This document shows positions 1-11,800 of a stretch of 64,000 bases of DNA, piece by piece. The translations under genes were made by a program, and so were the position numbers. This DNA is from Eledone cirrhosa (Eukaryota): assembly GCA_964016885.1 (NCBI GenBank), contig OZ024756.1, positions 7,440,001 to 7,504,000 on the forward strand. The letters run 5' to 3'. Each line of letters begins with the position of its first letter. The stretch's first letter is position 1. Under the pieces are notes generated by a model. It searched no databases. It was not told the DNA's origin and saw only the letters and a list, made by a program, of their open reading frames with translations.

Positions 1-117
1 GTCTATATTTATTAATATTTTGAAGTAATATTAATAACTCCAGAAAACCTCACTGTAGAGAGCTTATAATCTATTGTGAACCTTTATTCATTGATGAATT
101 CATTGAACCTTGTTAAA

Positions 118-125
<8 letters not shown>

Positions 126-198
<73 letters not shown>
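126..198. repeat. (TA)n microsatellite
   Basis: Pure TA dinucleotide run. Confidence 0.97.
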
Positions 199-201
<3 letters not shown>

Positions 202-334
202 ACGCTTACGTGGACCTCTCAAAATTCGTTGGATTTTCTAATTGGATTTTCACCCCGAAACTGGATACCAACCCGGAGTACACCTGAACTTCCACCAGGA
301 AATATTTCGTATCAATGAAATTTCCTTTGCTTCT

Positions 335-368
<34 letters not shown>

Positions 369-432
369 AATGAAGTAATTCCGTCGGAAAAGTCCAGGAA
401 AAAAGAGTGCTCTATGTAGGTAACAGAGCTTA

Positions 433-693
433 ATAGTTATGTAATAAACAACATAAGGCAATTATTCCATTTACCAGTGGTTTCTTAAAAGCAAAAGATT
501 TTGCTTTCAATCCTCAGAATGAAAAAATCCTGGTCTGTTTATTGAATTTGGATTTTAAAATTGAATTATGTTTTTTAAAATCCAAATTCAATAAACAGAC
601 CAGGATTTTTTCATTCTGAGGATTGGAAGCAAAATCTTTTGCTTTTAAGAAACCACTGGTAAATGGAATAATTGCCTTATGTCGTTTATTACA

Positions 694-700
<7 letters not shown>
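433..700. repeat. Long near-perfect inverted repeat (foldback), ~128-bp arms, ~12-nt loop
   Basis: 433-560 (atagttatgtaataaac...gattttaaaa) is the reverse complement of 573-700 (ttttaaaatcc...acataactat), with about 2 mismatches seen. The right arm abuts a (TA)n run. Confidence 0.93.
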
Positions 701-723
<23 letters not shown>

Positions 724-730
<7 letters not shown>

Positions 731-899
731 AAGGAAAATATTGACTTCATTTGTAGTTCTAAACAATTTAATTTAATTCAATTCAATAATTTTACAATTT
801 GGTTTTGTAGAACTACAAAACCTAATTGTAAAATTATAATATAAAATTAAATTAAGTTGTTTAGAACTACAAATGAAGTCATTATTTTCCTTTTTTTAA
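724..899. repeat. Imperfect palindrome centred at ~811-812
   Basis: Centre reads ggttttgtag-aa-ctacaaaacc; outer arms are ttaaaaaaaggaaaatattgacttcatttgtagttctaaacaa and ttgtttagaactacaaatgaagtcattattttcctttttttaa. Follows a (TA)n run. Confidence 0.88.
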
Positions 900-954
900 A
901 TATACCTAGCTGAATCAAGGATTCCACACATTTTCCAATATATATATATATAGT

Positions 955-1508
955 AGAATAATCGAGTATCGAAAAATCGGCGCACGAGTTCACGATAAAC
1001 AAAATTCGATATGAGCGGCAGAGGGCTCAATAATTTAGATAAATCAGAGCTATAACTATCGTTAAAATACCGTCACACATAGAACAAGTCTATAATCAAC
1101 CGTACGACCGAAAAATTGCGATCTGGAAGATTCGGGACACTCAGATAAAAAAATCAATAAATCAATAAATCAAATGAATGTAAAAAGCATACCCGGACCC
1201 GCTAGAAAGATGGTAAATCTAGCTTCTTGGGTTTCTGTAAATCCTTAAACTGTCCTCTATCAGCTCACATAAAAATATATAAGACTTCTAGGTGCCAGCG
1301 GACGGGAATTTACTTCCTCAACGAGCTTTGTCCAAACGAATGAAAAGGCATAACCCAGGCTAAATACGCACATGGAATTCAGCAAGGGAGATAACCTCTA
1401 TATCCGCGAAAAATATTCGGGAAAATGTGGAAATACACATATCGAATAAGAGTGCTCAATAGACATGTTAAAATAAACAGGAGCTATTCATCACTTAATA
1501 GAATCGAC

Positions 1509-1510
<2 letters not shown>
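955..1510 (+). mobile_element. Probable degenerate Penelope-like element fragment (GIY-YIG endonuclease region)
   Basis: Manual translation from ~1244 gives LKLSSISSHKNI*DF*...QRALSKRMKRHNP and later TGAIHHLIES, resembling the PLE GIY-YIG motifs (N-x-I-Y-x-F...R-x-L-x-x-R-x-K-E-H-x-P...S-A-I-x-x-H-L-I). Contains stops; bounded by (TA)n. Confidence 0.4.
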
Positions 1511-1539
<29 letters not shown>

Positions 1540-1822
1540 TATAGTGTAGGTGCTTCAGTGGATTACTTGTGTTGGTACCAAAACAACCATTCTATACTCA
1601 GTCAGAGTGTATATATTAGAAAAAAAACGAGGAAGTTTCGTTTACATGTATATATGCGTGTTTGTGCATACACATAGCCACGCATTTACACATACTGATG
1701 TTCACAACCTCACGATGCCTGTTCAACATTTTATTTTCATGGTGATTTTTATCCCATATTAGAGAGAGAATGTTGGTAGTATATACAGCTGTCTGTGGAA
1801 TTGAAAGCCCCGTGTATGTGTG

Positions 1823-1880
1823 TGAGAGAGGGCGATGGGAAAGAGAGAGAGAGAGAGAGAGAGAGGGGGAGGGGGAGAGG
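1823..1880. repeat. (GA)n / purine-rich simple repeat
   Basis: gagagaga runs. Confidence 0.85.
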
Positions 1881-2065
1881 CGGGAAGAATGAGTGAGTTA
1901 AAGTGTAGCAGAGGAATCTACGTTTAGTAATTGAACATACAACACATAAATATATATAGTAGTTTAATGGCAAATTTACAATTAAGTATGTGTGTATGTA
2001 TATAAGATAATGTTGTTTTTGTCGATAACAAAAGCTTGTATGATAAAGTTGCTTGTGGTAATAAA

Positions 2066-2240
2066 TGTTTCTACTTTTGGACAAGGTCAGCAAATTACCA
2101 GTACATTACTGGTACTTTATTTTATCGACCCCGTAAGGATGAAAAGCAAAGTTAACTTTGGCGGAATTTGAACTCAGAATGGAAAGGGGCGTAACTCTAT
2201 GCGTCACAACATGACGTCTGACCCTCTACCGATATTGCTA
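2066..2240 (-). mobile_element. tRNA-derived SINE (octopus-type), copy 1 of a tandem pair
   Basis: Minus strand has a B-box (gagttcaaattcc), core ...tttcatccttacggggtcgataaaataaagtaccag and tail ...agtagaaaca, all shared with the other copies in the window. Confidence 0.88.
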
Positions 2241-2248
2241 GTTAAGAA

Positions 2249-2428
2249 TTGTTTCTACTTTTGGCACAAGGCCAGCAATTACCCAGTGTATTACTGGTAC
2301 TTTATTTTATCGACCCCATAAGGATGAAAGGCAAATTAACCTCGGCGGGATTTGAACTCAGAATGGCAAGGGCCGTAACTCTTTGCGTCAAAGCATGGCG
2401 TCCGACCCTCTACCGATACTGCCAATCC
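2249..2428 (-). mobile_element. tRNA-derived SINE, copy 2 of a tandem pair
   Basis: Minus strand reads A-box-like tggcagtatcggtagag, B-box gagttcaaatccc, core gcctttcatccttatggggtcgataaa, tail gctggccttgtgccaaaagtagaaacaa. Confidence 0.9.
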
Positions 2429-2886
2429 ATGAAACTATGCATGGTAATGTTGCTGGTTTGGGTAACGAAACCTCATACAAAAGTCGAAATAATCAATAGA
2501 AATTTGCCTGAAGCCATACAAGTAACTAGTTAAAAGACACCTGTCAACGCTTTAGTGTTAATTAAACCTGCTGGAATAGAAGAGACGAGAAACCACGATC
2601 TTCTTTCAGGACATAAATTAGAAGCCGTAACCTCGAGTTCATTCTAAGTTTAGCCTGGCTACTAATTGCTTATGTTGAAAGATGTTAAAAGTTTAGCTAA
2701 CTTTAAAATCAATAAAGTGTTGCTAGAAGAGCTGTTGATAATTATGAAGTAGTATTAATGCAAACAAACGTCATTCTGTATACAGTATACTGTATACTGT
2801 ACACTGTATAATATTACAACGGTTATTACTGTAACGTGAAACATTTCATATAGCACGGTTTATCTTACAGGCTTCGTCAATGCATT

Positions 2887-3316
2887 GTATGTATGTATGC
2901 ATGTATATATGTATGTACTTACATACGTGTTAAAGTATGTATGTTTGCATGTGTGTATGCATGTATGTATGTATGTTTGTGGGTAGGTAGCTAAGTTTTG
3001 TATGTATGCATATACGTACGTACGAATGTATGTACGTATGTATGCATATGCGTACGTACGAATGTATGTACGTACGTATGTATGTACGTACTTATGTATG
3101 TACGTATGTGTATATCTATGTATATATGTATGTTTGTATATTTGTAGGTAGGTAGATATGTCTATCTGCTTGTCTGTCTCTATGTATGTATGTACGTACG
3201 TACGTACATATGTATGTATGTATATACGTACGTATATATGTACATAAGTACGTATATACGCATGTATGTATGTATATACGTATGTTTTTATGTATGTAGG
3301 TATGTATGTATGTACG
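2887..3316. repeat. Degenerate (TATG/TACG)n tetranucleotide repeat
   Basis: tatgtatgtacg variants throughout. Explains the spurious ORF 3116..3352. Confidence 0.92.
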
Positions 3317-3614
3317 TTCTTCTGGTTTTATAATTTTATAAATGTTTACCAATAGAGAGGGAGTCGGTTGCTAACATAGATACAAGACTCTCTCATTGGT
3401 ATTTACACATCAACTAGGTATATAGGCATGCAGTGGCGGATTGGTCAGGTTGCCCAATGGCAAGTGGAATAGATAGCATTGCAGGAGCCCACAGTAGCAT
3501 TGCAAGTCTCTGGATTTCGCAAAATACATAAGAAAGACATGAACGACGCCAGAACACTGTTTTGAACATTTTGAAAGTAGGCTTATAAGTATAAATTTTC
3601 ATAATATTTTCGTA

Positions 3615-3804
3615 GCTGTCGCTGTGGCCTAGCGGTAGGTTCAATCCTGGTAAAAAGGTACATGTAATCTTTTTCAGTTTTTATTTTACATCACGTAGAA
3701 AAAAGACTGAAAAGGTTTATCGGGAACCCTACTCCCGACCAGGATCGAACTTCAGATCACGATCACCATCGTCTATGATTTCTCCAACTCGGATACAGAG
3801 ACAG
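3615..3804. mobile_element. Convergent pair of tRNA-like heads forming an imperfect palindrome
   Basis: Left (+): ctgtcgctgtggcctagcggta-ggttcaatcctggt (A box and B box). Right (-): ctgtctctgtatccgagttgg...gttcgatcctggt. Inner inverted repeat ctttttcagttttt / aaaagactgaaaagg. Confidence 0.6.
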
Positions 3805-4109
3805 AGACACAAATATAATGAAAAGTAATAATTATAAACCTACTTTCAAAACCAAAGTTATAAAGTTGTGGTGCTGTTCATGGATTTCCTATTTCATATT
3901 TACGGTAGACTTGTCAATCTCATGGCTCTTTGGTAACAACCTAATTATTCCTATGTGTGTTTAACTGTTGTTAAATACATAATATTTTTTATTGGAGAAG
4001 ATAAGATATTTTTGCGCAAAAATTTGATTGCACTCTTTTGTTTCCACTTATTTTTTGAAAATGTTGTTTATTCATTATAAAAATCAAATAGCATTCTATA
4101 TATAGGTAG

Positions 4110-4660
4110 ACATGCAGATGGACTTGCTCGAGAGACGGTCTCCTACGCTTCGAGGTTCGTAGATGTTGTCGGGGGGATATGATGCGACATTCAAATGCTG
4201 TCTGGATTGATGTTAAGCCTCTTCCTCCCTGCTTACGTTTCAAGTAGAGGCGGTCTATGTCACTGTTGATGTGGAAGTTTCCGGTGTTGTTTAGGATTTT
4301 TCAGAATTTCAATATCAATTGCTCAGATTCCGACCATCGTCCAATTGAGTATTCCAAACGTTGGTGTTAGGACAGGCACGACAAACACATTGTGAGCCAC
4401 TATTTTATTGTGCGCAGAGATTTCAGATTACCATATTTTTCTTAATCGGGTGTAATATTCCCTGGTTACGCGTTCCTTGTAACATATACCATTATAGGAT
4501 ATGTTCTCATCTATCCCTATGTATCTGTAGCAGTCCTCGTCAGATATCAGGGAACCAGTTAGGCCATTGATAAAAATGTTGCTAGATTGGGTTGTAGTTT
4601 TCCTCCGCTTGAACATTTATCCTTGCCAAACTCCACCCCTATATCCTTTGAGAACGTTGA
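4110..4660 (-). mobile_element. Non-LTR retrotransposon (R4/Dong-like LINE) reverse transcriptase C-terminal fragment, frameshifted
   Basis: Minus-strand peptides FSKDIGVEFGKDKC, YRYIGIDEN..KERVTREYYTRLRKIW and RLYLKRKQGGRGLTSI lie in different frames and match RT C-terminal motifs of R4/R2-group LINEs. Truncated at the (TA)n tract at ~4670. Confidence 0.85.
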
Positions 4661-4667
4661 TAAACCT

Positions 4668-4669
<2 letters not shown>

Positions 4670-4721
<52 letters not shown>
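4670..4721. repeat. (TA)n microsatellite
   Basis: Pure TA run. Confidence 0.95.
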
Positions 4722-4725
<4 letters not shown>

Positions 4726-5117
4726 TAAAGGTCAGTTACTCCAACGGCGCCATATCATGTACGTACGTTTCGTTAGCTAAGAGGACCAACTTATTCAACC
4801 TATGCCGATAAAAAAGAATATATTCAACTCTAGAAATATTTATTCTGCTGTGTGGTAGTTATTTAGTTACAACTCTTTGTGTATTTATAAAATTCCTGTA
4901 TCTAAAAAATATTTCTACCAGACGAGTGTTCTATGGTAGAAAACAAAGAATAAGGATTAAAAAAGGATAAAGATCTCATAACTCCATAATTATTTGTCAA
5001 TGAGGGGCTCCCCAAACCTCAAGTGCCCCCTCCCAGGTCGATATCTAACCTTGGGTAAGGAATAAGATTGATTAGAAAATAAAGATACCATAACTGCTAG
5101 TGGAATCGTAGAGGCAC

Positions 5118-5688
5118 CGTCATACGGCGTGTCTAGAGCACTTTTAGACCTGGTGGAGCCCAACCCTCTCCAGGTCTGAACACACTGCATCGTCATACGG
5201 CGTGTCTAGGGCACTTTTAGACCTGGTGGAGCCCAACCCTCTCCAGGTCTGAACACACTGCATCGTCATACGGCGTGTCTAGGGCACTTTTAAACCTGGT
5301 GGAGACCAACCCTCTCCAGGTCTGAACACACTGCATCGTCATACGGCGTGTCTAGGGCACTTTTAGACCTGGTGGAGCCCAACCCTCTCCAGGTCTGAAC
5401 ACACTGCATCGTCATACGGCGTGTCTAGGGCACTTTTAAACCTGGTGGAGACCAACCCTCTCCAGGTCTGAACACACTGCATCGTCATACGGCGTGTCTA
5501 GGGCACTTTTAGACCTGGTGGAGACCAACCCTCTCCAGGTCTGAACACACTGCATCGTCATACGGCGTGTCTAGGGCACTTTTAGACCTGGTGGAGCCCA
5601 ACCCTCTCCAGGTCTGAACACACTGCATCGTCATACGGCGTGTCTAGGGCACTTTTAAACCTGGTGGAGACCAACCCTCTCCAGGTCT
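5118..5688. repeat. 73-bp minisatellite, ~7.8 near-identical copies, each with an internal stem-loop
   Basis: cgtcatacgg recurs at 5118, 5191, 5264 and so on (period 73). Each unit has agacctgg...ccaggtct inverted arms. Confidence 0.95.
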
Positions 5689-5720
5689 AACCACAGCCGA
5701 TTTCTTTCTACAGAGGAAGA

Positions 5721-5816
5721 ATCGACCTCGAAACGATGAAAGGCAAAGTTGACCTCGGTGGGATTTGAACTCAGAGAGCAGAGAACCGGAAAGAATGTTC
5801 TAAAGCATTGTATATA
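5721..5816 (-). mobile_element. SINE 3'/central part (B box and core), directly abutting the 29-bp satellite
   Basis: atcgacctcgaaacgatgaaaggcaaagttgacctcggtgggatttgaactcag aligns by eye to the SINE copies at 2249-2428 and 21752-21982. Confidence 0.85.
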
Positions 5817-8800
5817 ACGTTCTAACCACTCTACCATTCTATCTGACGTTCTAACCACCCTACCATTCTATCTGACGTTCTAACCACCCTACCATTCTAT
5901 CTGACGTTCTAACCACTCTACCATTCTATCTGACGTCCTAACCACTCTACCGTTCTATCTGACGTTCTAACCACTCTACCATTCTATCTGACGTTCTAAC
6001 CACCCTACCATTCTATCTGACGTTCTAACCACCCTACCATTGTATCAGACGTTCTAACCACTCTACCATTCTATCAGACGTTCTAACCACTCTACCATTC
6101 TATCCAACGTTCTAACCACTCTACCATTCTATCAGACGTTCTAACCACTCTACCATTCTATCTGACGTCCTAACCACTCTACCGTTCTATCTGACGTTCT
6201 AACCACTCTACCGTTCTATCTGACGTTCAAACCACCCTACCATTCTATCTGACGTCCTAACCACTCTACCATTCTATCTGACGTTCAAACCACTCTACCG
6301 TTCTATCTGACGTTCTAACCACTCTACCATTCCATCTGACGTCCTAACCACCCTACCATTCTATCCAACGTTCTAACCACTCTACCATTCTATCTGACGT
6401 TCAAACCACTCTACCATTCTATCAGACGTTCTAACCACTCTACCATTCTATCAGACGTTCTAACCACTCTACCATTCTATCAGACGTTCTAACCACTCTA
6501 CCATTCTATCAGACGTCCTAACGACTCTACCATTCTATCAGACGTTCTAACCACTCTACCATTCTATCCAATGTTCAAACCACTCTACCATTCTATCCAA
6601 CGTTCTAACCGCTCTACCGTTCTATCTGATGTTCTAACCACTCTACCATTCTATCTGACGTTCAAACCACCCTACCATTCTATCTGACGTCCTAACCACT
6701 CTACCATTCCATCTGACGTTCTAACCACTCTACCATTCTATCTGACGTTCTAACCACTCTACCATTCTATCTGACGTTCTAACCACTCTACCATTCCATC
6801 TGACATTCAAACCACCCTACCATTCTATCTGACGTTCTAACCACTCTACCATTCTATCTGACGTTCTAACCACTCTACCATTCTATCTGACGTTCTAACC
6901 ACTCTACCATTCCATCTGACGTTCTAACCACTCTACCATTCTATCTGACGTTCTAACCACTCTACCATTCCATCTGACGTTTTAACCACTCTACCATTCC
7001 ATCTGACGTTCTAACCACTCTACCATTCTATATGACGTTCTAACCAGCCTACCATTCTATCTGACGTTCAAGCCACTCTACCATTCTATCTGACGTTCTA
7101 ACCACTCTACCATTCCATCTAACGTTCTAACAACTCTACCATTCCATCTGACGTTCTAACCACCCTACCATTATATCCAACGTTCTAACCACTCTACCCT
7201 TCTATCTGACGTTCAAGCCACTCTACCATTCTATCTGACGTTCTAACCACTCTACCATTCTATCTGACGTTCTAACGACTCTACCATTCTATCTGACGTT
7301 CTAACCACCATACCATTCTATCTGACGTTCTAACGACTCTACCATTCTATCTGACGTTCTAACCACTCTGTCATTCTATCTGACGTTCTAACCACTCTAC
7401 CATTCTATCTGACGTCCTAACCATTCTACCGTTCTATCTGACGTTCTAACCACTCTACCATTCTATCTGATGTTCTAACCACTCTACCATTCTATCTGAT
7501 GTTCTAATCACCCTACCGTTCTATCTGACGTTCTAACCACTCTACCATTCTATCTGATGTTCTAACCACTCTACCGTTCTATCTGACGTTCTAACCACTC
7601 TACCATTCTATCTGATGTTCTAACAATTCTACCATTCTATCAGACGTTCTAATCACTCATCCATTCTATCAGACGTTCTAACCACTATACCATTCTATCT
7701 GACATTCAAACCACCCTACCATTCTATCTGAATTCCTAAGCACTCTACCGTTCTATCTGACGTTCTAACCACTCTACCATTCTATCTGACGTTCTAACCA
7801 CTCTACCATTCTATCTGACGTTCTAACCACCCTACCATTCTATCTGACGTTCTAACCACCCTACCATTGTATCAGACGTTCTAACCACTCTACCATTCTA
7901 TCAGACGTTCTAAACACTCTACCATTCTATCCAACGTTCTAACCACTCTACCATTCTATCAGACGTTCTAACCACTCTACCATTCTATCTGACGTCCTAA
8001 CCACTCTACCGTTCTATCTGACGTTCTAACCACTCTACCGTTCTATCTGACGTTCAAACCACCCTACCATTCTATCTGACGTCCTAACCACTCTACCATT
8101 CTATCTGACGTTCAAACCACCCTACCATTCTATCTGACATCCTAACCACTCTACCGTTCTATCTGACGTTCTAACCACTCTACCATTCCATCTGACGTCC
8201 TAACCACCCTACCATTCTATCCAAGGTTCTAACCACTCTACCATTCTATCTGACGTTCAAACCACTCTACCATTCTATCAGACGTTCTAACCACTCTACC
8301 ATTCTATCAGACGTTCTAACCACTCTACCATTCTATCAGACGTTCTAACCACTCTACCATTCTATCAGACGTCCTAACCACTCTACCATTCTATCAGACG
8401 TTCTAACCACTCTACCATTCTATCCAATGTTCTAACCACTCTACCATTCTATCCAACGTTCTAACCACTCTACCGTTCTATCTGATGTTCTAACCACTCT
8501 ACCATTCTATCTGACGTTCAAACCACCCTACCATTCTATCTGACGTCCTAACCACTCTACCATTCTATCTGACGTTCTAACGACTCTACCATTCTATCTG
8601 ACGTTCTAACCACTCTGTCATTCTATCTGACGTTCTAACCACTCTACCATTCTATCTGCCGTTCTAACCGCTCTTCCATTCTATCTGACGTCCTAACCAC
8701 TCTACCATTCTATCCAACGTTCTAACCACCCTACCATTCTATCTGACGTTCTAATCACTCTACCGTTCTATCTGACGTTCTAACCACTCTACCATTCTAT

Positions 8801-11800
8801 CTGATGTTCTAACCACTCTACCATTCTATCTGACGTTCTAATCACTCTACCGTTCTATCTGACGTTCTAACCACTCTACCATTCCATCTGACGTTCTAAC
8901 CACTCTACCATTCTATCTGACGTTCTAACCACTCTACCATTCCATCTGACGTTTTAACCACTCTACCATTCCATCTGACGTTCTAACCACTCTACCATTC
9001 TATATGACGTTCTAACCAGCCTACCATTCTATCTGACGTTCAAGCCACTCTACCATTCTATCTGACGTTCTAACCACTCTACCATTCCATCTAACGTTCT
9101 AACAACTCTACCATTCCATCTGACGTTCTAACCACCCTACCATTATATCCAACGTTCTAACCACTCTACCCTTCTATCTGACGTTCAAGCCACTCTACCA
9201 TTCTATCTGACGTTCTAACCACTCTACCATTCTATCTGACGTTCTAACGACTCTACCATTCTATCTGACGTTCTAACCACCATACCATTCTATCTGACGT
9301 TCTAACGACTCTACCATTCTATCTGACGTTCTAACCACTCTGTCATTCTATCTGACGTTCTAACCACTCTACCATTCTATCTGACGTCCTAACCATTCTA
9401 CCGTTCTATCTGACGTTCTAACCACTCTACCATTCTATCTGATGTTCTAACCACTCTACCATTCTATCTGATGTTCTAATCACCCTACCGTTCTATCTGA
9501 CGTTCTAACCACTCTACCATTCTATCTGATGTTCTAACCACTCTACCGTTCTATCTGACGTTCTAACCACTCTACCATTCTATCTGATGTTCTAACAATT
9601 CTACCATTCTATCAGACGTTCTAATCACTCATCCATTCTATCAGACGTTCTAACCACTATACCATTCTATCTGACATTCAAACCACCCTACCATTCTATC
9701 TGAATTCCTAAGCACTCTACCGTTCTATCTGACGTTCTAACCACTCTACCATTCTATCTGACGTTCTAACCACTCTACCATTCTATCTGACGTTCTAACC
9801 ACCCTACCATTCTATCTGACGTTCTAACCACCCTACCATTGTATCAGACGTTCTAACCACTCTACCATTCTATCAGACGTTCTAAACACTCTACCATTCT
9901 ATCCAACGTTCTAACCACTCTACCATTCTATCAGACGTTCTAACCACTCTACCATTCTATCTGACGTCCTAACCACTCTACCGTTCTATCTGACGTTCTA
10001 ACCACTCTACCGTTCTATCTGACGTTCAAACCACCCTACCATTCTATCTGACGTCCTAACCACTCTACCATTCTATCTGACGTTCAAACCACCCTACCAT
10101 TCTATCTGACGTCCTAACCACTCTACCGTTCTATCTGACGTTCTAACCACTCTACCATTCCATCTGACGTCCTAACCACCCTACCATTCTATCCAAGGTT
10201 CTAACCACTCTACCATTCTATCTGACGTTCAAACCACTCTACCATTCTATCAGACGTTCTAACCACTCTACCATTCTATCAGACGTTCTAACCACTCTAC
10301 CATTCTATCAGACGTTCTAACCACTCTACCATTCTATCACACGTCCTAACCACTCTACCATTCTATCAGACGTTCTAACCACTCTACCATTCTATCCAAT
10401 GTTCTAACCACTCTACCATTCTATCCAACGTTCTAACCACTCTACCGTTCTATCTGATGTTCTAACCACTCTACCATTCTATCTGACGTTCAAACCACCC
10501 TACCATTCTATCTGACGTCCTAACCACTCTACCATTCTATCTGACGTTCTAACGACTCTACCATTCTATCTGACGTTCTAACCACTCTGTCATTCTATCT
10601 GACGTTCTAACCACTCTACCATTCTATCTGCCGTTCTAACCGCTCTTCCATTCTATCTGACGTCCTAACCACTCTACCATTCTATCCAACGTTCTAACCA
10701 CCCTACCATTCTATCTGACGTTCTAATCACTCTACCGTTCTATCTGACGTTCTAACCACTCTACCATTCTATCTGATGTTCTAACCACTCTACCATTCTA
10801 TCTGACGTTCTAATCACTCTACCGTTCTATCTGACGTTCTAACCACTCTACCATTCTATCTGACGTTCTAATTACTCTACCATTCTATCTGACGTTCTAA
10901 TTACTCTACCATTCTATCTGATGTTCTAACCACTCTACCGTTCTATCTGACGTTCTAACCACTCTACCATTGTATCTGATATTCTAACCACTCTACCATT
11001 CTATCTGACGTTCTAACCACTCTACCATTCTATCTGACGTTCTAACCACTCTACCATTCTATCTGATGTTCTAATCACTCTACCATTCTATCTGACGTTC
11101 TAACCACTCTACCATTCTATCTGACGTTCTAACCACCCTACCATTCTATCCGACGTTCTGACGACTACCATTCTATGTGACTTTCTAACGACTCTACCGT
11201 TCTATCCAACGTTCTAACCACTCTACCATTCTATCTGACGTTCAAACCACCCTACCATTCTATCTGACGTCCTAACCACTCTACCATTCCATCTGACGTT
11301 CTAACCACTCTACCATTCTATCTGACGTTCTAACCACTCTACCATTCTATCTGACGTTCTAACGACTCTACCATTTCATCTGACGTTCTAACAACTCTAC
11401 CATTCCATCTGACGTTCTAACCACCCTACCATTATATCCAACGTTCTAACCACTCTACCATTCTATCTGACGTTCTAACCACTCTACCATTCTATCTGAC
11501 GTCCTAACCATTCTACTGTTTTATCTGATGTTCTAACCACTCTACCGTTCTATCTGACGTTCTAACCACTCTACCATTCTATCTGATGTTCTAACAATTC
11601 TACCATTCTATCAGACGTTCTAATCACTCTACCATTCTATCAGACGTTCTAACCACTCTACCATTCTATCTGACATTCAAACCACCCTACCATTCCATCT
11701 GACGTCCTAAGCACTCTACCGTTCTATCTGACGTTCTAACCACTCTACCATTCTATCTGACGTTCTAACCACCATACCATTCTGTCTGACGTTCTAACGA

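Noticed and set aside
5130-5160. Shared words (tctagg, ggcac, acctggtg) between the 73-mer and the 48-mer suggesting common origin
   Set aside because: The matches are too short to distinguish from chance without a statistical alignment.
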